DNA of 39,706 nt from a virus (lineage: Duplodnaviria; Heunggongvirae; Uroviricota; Caudoviricetes), in the IMG/VR virus record IMGVR_UViG_3300033146_002139, positions 1 through 39,706 of that record. The stretch is one strand, 5' to 3'. Below, in pieces: positions 34,925 to 39,706 of this stretch; positions within the stretch are counted from its first letter, which is position 1; the number at the start of each line of letters is the position of its first letter. Below the pieces are notes generated by a model that ran no database searches, had not been told where the DNA came from, and saw only the letters and a program-made list of their open reading frames with translations. Position numbers and translations under genes: made by a program.

Positions 34925-36307
34925 ATGATAAAGAAATTAAAGAATTTTAATGCAGAGAGAACTGTGTTTCTTTTTGATATAGTTGACCAAGTGTCTTCTC
35001 AAAAAGTTATAGACGCAATAACGACTATGGCGAGTGAAGGTAAAGAAGATATTTTTCTTTTCATCAACTCTTGGGGCGGGTCTGTATCAGCCTTAAACGC
35101 TATGCTTGATGCAATAACACTCATAAAACCAGTAAATGTAAATACTGTTGTTTTTGGTGAGGCGGATAGTGCTGCGGCAGTCTTAGCTTCTGCAGGTGCA
35201 GCTAGGTATATTGGTGAAAAATCAAAGATAATGATTCACGAAGTTTCTGCAATGACTTGGGGAACTGTAAGTGAAATGAAAAGTCAACTAGAAGAGATAC
35301 AAGAGGTTCACGATGAGCTGATAAAAGTTTTATCCGAAAATACTGGACACAGTGTTAAAGAAATTGACGATATGATAGAAGGGACTGATGTTTGGATGAA
35401 TGCAAAATCTGCTGTAAAATTCGGAATGGTAGACGAGGTGATTTCAAGCGAAAAAGAAGACCTTGAAGAAGCTTTTTTCGACTCTACAATTGCAGCATCA
35501 GGAAAGAAAAGAATGAATATAGGAAATGTAGACATTGATTCTTTTAATGATTTTATAAATAACCTTGAAAAAATAAGAACTTCAAATTTTAAAAAAGAAA
35601 ATATTGTTACTGCGAAAGACGAAGCAACTTTGAATGGGACAACTCAATCAGACCCAACAACCGGAAGTAACGAACCTATAATCACACCTGAAGATGATAA
35701 TGAGCCGTTAGATAATATTATTGACGAAACTTCAGTAAGCAACGAAACAGCACAGGAGCTAGCAGACGTGTTGGCACAAGCAGAACAAACAATAGGTAAA
35801 ACACTTAATATAAAGGAGGCTTCAATGCCAGAAACAAACGAATCTAATCAGGTTACGAATGAGCAATTAAAAACTTTAATGTCTTCAGTTGCAGACTTAA
35901 CTAATAAAGTTAAAGACTTAGAAAAAGACAATTGGAAAAAAGACGACGAATTGTCAAGCGCTAAAACAGATTGGGAAACTAAAGAAGCTCAATTAAAATC
36001 TGAAGTTGAACTAGCGAATAGTGCTAATGAAAAGTACGTTAAAAATGCAAGAAATGGTGCTGTGTCAAACCTTACAAAAGCTATGGAGCTATCAGTTCCT
36101 AAAGAAGCTACTGATAAATTAGTAGAAGTTCTTAAGAACGAAAATGTTAACATGGAAACTATCAACGAACTAACTGAAGTATTCAACAAGGTTAAGCCTT
36201 CAGTCGAAACTGCTAAGCTTGTCGGTAGTGAAAACACTTCGAACAAAGGGATTATTGTAAAAACTTCATCTAAAGAACTTGACATAATGAAGCCAAAAAA
36301 AAGATAA
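34925..36307 (+). CDS. ClpP-family prohead protease with C-terminal scaffold domain
   Basis: INSWGG, ADSAAA (Ser), IMIHE (His), DVWMNAKSAVKFGMVD; acidic linker and coiled-coil tail. Confidence 0.92.
   Translation: MIKKLKNFNAERTVFLFDIVDQVSSQKVIDAITTMASEGKEDIFLFINSWGGSVSALNAMLDAITLIKPVNVNTVVFGEADSAAAVLASAGAARYIGEKSKIMIHEVSAMTWGTVSEMKSQLEEIQEVHDELIKVLSENTGHSVKEIDDMIEGTDVWMNAKSAVKFGMVDEVISSEKEDLEEAFFDSTIAASGKKRMNIGNVDIDSFNDFINNLEKIRTSNFKKENIVTAKDEATLNGTTQSDPTTGSNEPIITPEDDNEPLDNIIDETSVSNETAQELADVLAQAEQTIGKTLNIKEASMPETNESNQVTNEQLKTLMSSVADLTNKVKDLEKDNWKKDDELSSAKTDWETKEAQLKSEVELANSANEKYVKNARNGAVSNLTKAMELSVPKEATDKLVEVLKNENVNMETINELTEVFNKVKPSVETAKLVGSENTSNKGIIVKTSSKELDIMKPKKR
35825..36307 (+). CDS. 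Nested in-frame scaffold protein (internal start)
   Basis: AAGGAGG-CTTCA-ATG inside the protease ORF, preceding the coiled-coil region. Confidence 0.7.
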   Translation: MPETNESNQVTNEQLKTLMSSVADLTNKVKDLEKDNWKKDDELSSAKTDWETKEAQLKSEVELANSANEKYVKNARNGAVSNLTKAMELSVPKEATDKLVEVLKNENVNMETINELTEVFNKVKPSVETAKLVGSENTSNKGIIVKTSSKELDIMKPKKR

Positions 36308-36331
36308 TTATCAAATAGGAAAAAAGTTTAA

Positions 36332-38257
36332 ATGCCTGAAACTAATGAACACATGAAATCTCAGCATACTAAACATATTCCAACAGATATTTATAATTGG
36401 GAAAACATTACAAAGAAGGTCTCTCTATTAACGAGAGACCCTCTTCCTACTGATGATTACACTAAGGGTTATAATATATTTTCGGAAATAGTTAGAATTG
36501 ATTCTACACCAAGGACCGTATGGAAATGTACAGACCCGGCAGAAGGACTAGCTGTGTGGGTATCAGTAGGCGGAGGAAGTGGCTCGGGAACTCCTTTGAC
36601 AGTGCAAGAAATAGATGATAATCCAATCGGATTAAACATAGATAGACTTGTTTTTAATGGAGTTGACGAAATAGTCACTATAGTAGGAACAACAGCCTAT
36701 ATAAATGGAACACCACCACCTGCAAATCTTGGAGGAGCACTTTCAGTAGCAGGTACAACTTTTTATACAGGAAGAACCTCTCAGTCGAATATTAATTACG
36801 AATTACCTATTGGCAGTATTAGAAATGATATTATCATAGATACTACATTTACTTTGTCGAAAAACACTTTTGCAAATGCATCTATTGGCAATTTAGTTTT
36901 AAATATAAATGGCACGGATGTAGCAAACATAGATTTAGCCGCTAACTTTGAAGAAGTAAATAGAAGTGGTTCGCAAATAATGGGAAATTACAATACTACA
37001 GGAACTGGTTCGCCACTTGCAGGAGGCATAGTTAACTTTGCAGGAGGCAATTTAACCTTAAACTCTGTACATTGGACAAATCCTATAGGCTCAGATGTTT
37101 ATCAAGACGGTAGTCTTACAATAAGTATCACAGGAGGAGCTCTACGTCAAGGTTATAATTATATTGATGTATCTCACAACTCTCATTCAACTACAACTTT
37201 TAAGATTTTTAATGATATAGATGCTGGACCTGGAATAGATATAACTATCCCAACTCTAGCTCAAGACACTCCTGTTTTAAATCATATTTCAGGAATAAAT
37301 TATTATGATACGGGTTCAACTTTTGACTTAGATGTTATAGGGGCTTACTTGTTTAATAATGTATACCACATTACAAGTCCTTTGACATATGCTTTTAGTT
37401 GGGCGAACTCAGGAATTTTAGTACACACAGATGCTTCTGTTACAGGGGTTTCTAATCCTCCTGACATTGGGGAAACAATGACAGTCACGGGATTCCCGAT
37501 AACTGTAACTGCTAACGAGCAAGAACCCAATGCAGTTGGAAGTGTAACACCTAGAGACCCATATGGAAGTGGAGTTACCGAGGATACTATAGCTTTAAAT
37601 TTTCAGGTAATGTCTATAGCTGATATGTCAACAAGGACAATAGAGTATTTTGTGGATGAAAATTGGAGATTTCCATTGTCTACTAATGTGGATATTCTCC
37701 CTGCTGCTACCACCGGAAACTGGGATAGCACTGCCTTATTAGGTACTGAAGATTTGCAAGTCTACAATATTGATGTTGCAGAAAAAAGATGTCTTTACCA
37801 TCCTCAAATAGATTATACAGGTAGAATGCCTGCTCAGACTGCTAACTATGTACCCTTACTAACAGAAACAGATTCTCAGTATCTAAGAATTTTTCAAGGA
37901 GCTGTAGTAGACCAGTCAAATGGAATACTATCAGTGCCGGGAATGACGGATGCTGACCTAGGTACGAATATAAAAATAGAACTTAAAGTTCCAACAAAAA
38001 CATCATGGATAGATTTATCTTCAGCTTATAGCTTTGCAACTTTCGATGCTAATGCTGCACTTGGACAACCAGATGGAGAAGGTTGTAGGATAAATGCGTT
38101 ACTACATAGCCCTGATATTGATAATTTATTAGAATTTTCACTTGGAAGTTATGCTTCTGATAATTCAGTAAACTATCTATTATGGATAAAAATTACTTAC
38201 TTAAATAATACAATTCCTAGAAGACTAGAAACTGGAATGGGAATTACAAATTGGTAG
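36332..38257 (+). CDS. Large beta-rich virion structural protein
   Basis: 641 aa, T/G/N/I-rich, in the structural cluster. Confidence 0.7.
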   Translation: MPETNEHMKSQHTKHIPTDIYNWENITKKVSLLTRDPLPTDDYTKGYNIFSEIVRIDSTPRTVWKCTDPAEGLAVWVSVGGGSGSGTPLTVQEIDDNPIGLNIDRLVFNGVDEIVTIVGTTAYINGTPPPANLGGALSVAGTTFYTGRTSQSNINYELPIGSIRNDIIIDTTFTLSKNTFANASIGNLVLNINGTDVANIDLAANFEEVNRSGSQIMGNYNTTGTGSPLAGGIVNFAGGNLTLNSVHWTNPIGSDVYQDGSLTISITGGALRQGYNYIDVSHNSHSTTTFKIFNDIDAGPGIDITIPTLAQDTPVLNHISGINYYDTGSTFDLDVIGAYLFNNVYHITSPLTYAFSWANSGILVHTDASVTGVSNPPDIGETMTVTGFPITVTANEQEPNAVGSVTPRDPYGSGVTEDTIALNFQVMSIADMSTRTIEYFVDENWRFPLSTNVDILPAATTGNWDSTALLGTEDLQVYNIDVAEKRCLYHPQIDYTGRMPAQTANYVPLLTETDSQYLRIFQGAVVDQSNGILSVPGMTDADLGTNIKIELKVPTKTSWIDLSSAYSFATFDANAALGQPDGEGCRINALLHSPDIDNLLEFSLGSYASDNSVNYLLWIKITYLNNTIPRRLETGMGITNW

Positions 38258-38265
38258 TATAAATA

Positions 38266-38583
38266 ATGTTTATTAAATGTTTAGAATTAAAAGAAAATAT
38301 AGGTGTCATATTTAGTGTTGATGGAGAATCAAGCGATATTTTGTATTTATCTATAGAAGATGCTAAAGTATTACGAGATTTATCGGAATTAGCAGTAGAT
38401 AAAAAAAACACAGAAAGTAGTATATTTACGGGAAATGATAAATTTACCTATATAAAACAAGACAATGCTTCATATTTATTATCTATAAAGGTAAATTCCT
38501 TTTTTGCTAAAGGGTATGTACTTGATTACAGACTATTAAGAAGCCTTATTTTTTCTTTAAATAAAACAATAGGGATTAAGTAA
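38266..38583 (+). CDS. Hypothetical protein
   Basis: ORF, TAATG-coupled to the next gene. Confidence 0.6.
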   Translation: MFIKCLELKENIGVIFSVDGESSDILYLSIEDAKVLRDLSELAVDKKNTESSIFTGNDKFTYIKQDNASYLLSIKVNSFFAKGYVLDYRLLRSLIFSLNKTIGIK

Positions 38584-39706
38584 TGGCTAATTTGAATAGC
38601 ACTACAATTCAAGATGTAACAAACAAGATGTCTCTTAGTGTCTTATCTTCAACAAATGATAAAAATTATTTTGAAGAAAGATATTCTTGGAAGCCTCAAC
38701 TTGATGCAAGAGATATATTCTCCGAGGTAATACCTAATGGAACAAGTCCTGCAGTTGCTGATGCTAATGTAGTCGCAAATCCATCCATGTTAGTAAAGCT
38801 AACAGGATATCAATTAGACGAAATACCAGCTTCGAATCAGCAAGGGTATGCATTATTCTCGACACCTGGAGACACAAACAGTCCTAAATTAAACAATTTT
38901 CTTACTCCGCAGAAATACGGCGTTGGATATGCTCTTTCGTTAACACAGCAAAATGATACCGTAATAAATCTTACTGACGGTCAATATCAGTTTGACTATT
39001 CAAATGGAATCTTAAGATTCGACCCTGCATCAACACCCACTGTTTTAGGTTATGCTTTACCGTTAAAAGTAACTATATATCGGTATATTGGAGCAACTCT
39101 TGATGGAGGAACGGTCAGCAGTAGTAACGGAGCATCTTATGTAAAAATAGAAAATGCTAGTGGCTCTAGTTCAGTAGAATATTTTCAACTTAACGGTATT
39201 TATACTTTTGTTTCGGATAGTCCAATAACATACATAAGGACAGAAGCAGTAAGCCAGGACGCTACCAAAAAATTCACTTACTTAACTTACTCTGTAACAA
39301 ATTCAAGATATGAAATATACAATAATTTTGATGAGTTGTTGTATTATACTGATGCAAATGTGTCTACAAATTTAGCAGACCATACAACATGGAATCTTAA
39401 TACCGGAATTAACGGCTCTTTACCTATTGTTAGTTATGTTGATATTACAATAGCAAATGCAATTACTGGTGGAGCTCTCCAAAAGGAAGATAAGATTGCT
39501 TCAGTAAAAGCAGTGCATGAAGGTGTTAGTAAATTTTTAGACCCTTTAATTCCTGTTGTTAATACAGGAGGGTCATCTGGAGGGTTTATATGTTTTGTGT
39601 CAGACAATACGATAACATTAAATTATTCTGGACTAAGCAACATCAATGTCGGAGAATTCGTTTATTTTAGCGAAAGAGTAGGAACTCCTGTTGCAAAACT
39701 AGACCA
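38583..39706 (+). CDS. Virion structural protein, partial
   Basis: Manual translation MANLNSTTIQD...YQFDYSNGILRF...TIYRYIG..., open to the window end. Confidence 0.8.
   Translation, partial: MANLNSTTIQDVTNKMSLSVLSSTNDKNYFEERYSWKPQLDARDIFSEVIPNGTSPAVADANVVANPSMLVKLTGYQLDEIPASNQQGYALFSTPGDTNSPKLNNFLTPQKYGVGYALSLTQQNDTVINLTDGQYQFDYSNGILRFDPASTPTVLGYALPLKVTIYRYIGATLDGGTVSSSNGASYVKIENASGSSSVEYFQLNGIYTFVSDSPITYIRTEAVSQDATKKFTYLTYSVTNSRYEIYNNFDELLYYTDANVSTNLADHTTWNLNTGINGSLPIVSYVDITIANAITGGALQKEDKIASVKAVHEGVSKFLDPLIPVVNTGGSSGGFICFVSDNTITLNYSGLSNINVGEFVYFSERVGTPVAKLD

Noticed and set aside
34925-36307. Host housekeeping clpP
   Set aside because: The location after the portal and the scaffold-like tail indicate a prohead protease

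Overview
This is an AT-rich (roughly 30% GC by eye) segment of a large tailed dsDNA phage genome using genetic code 11, with GGAG-type RBSs and sigma70-type promoters. The left arm (1 to ~23 kb) holds more than 60 tightly packed minus-strand genes, mostly small hypotheticals typical of an early/host-takeover region. Recognisable ones are ArdC-like, RadC/JAB, Gp88-like, DUF6876-like, DUF4313-like, WYL_2-like, SEC-C and a double HTH. The centre (~23.2-25.1 kb) is a divergent non-coding region with a perfect TTGACA-17-TATAAT promoter, a ~600-nt ORF-free self-complementary transcript, short repeats and an AT-rich palindrome. The right arm (+ strand) carries an HNH nuclease, six tRNA genes (two atypical), small Cys-rich proteins, a DNA MTase, a ParB/degenerate-MTase fusion, TerS, TerL, a DUF935-like portal, a ClpP-type head protease with a nested scaffold, and large virion proteins. 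The most interesting signals are non-coding and lie in or upstream of the early arm: a candidate large structured ncRNA, six strictly co-oriented copies of the 9-mer ATGCCGACC, and two tRNA mimics embedded in the early transcript. All family assignments come from motif recognition by eye; no searches were run.
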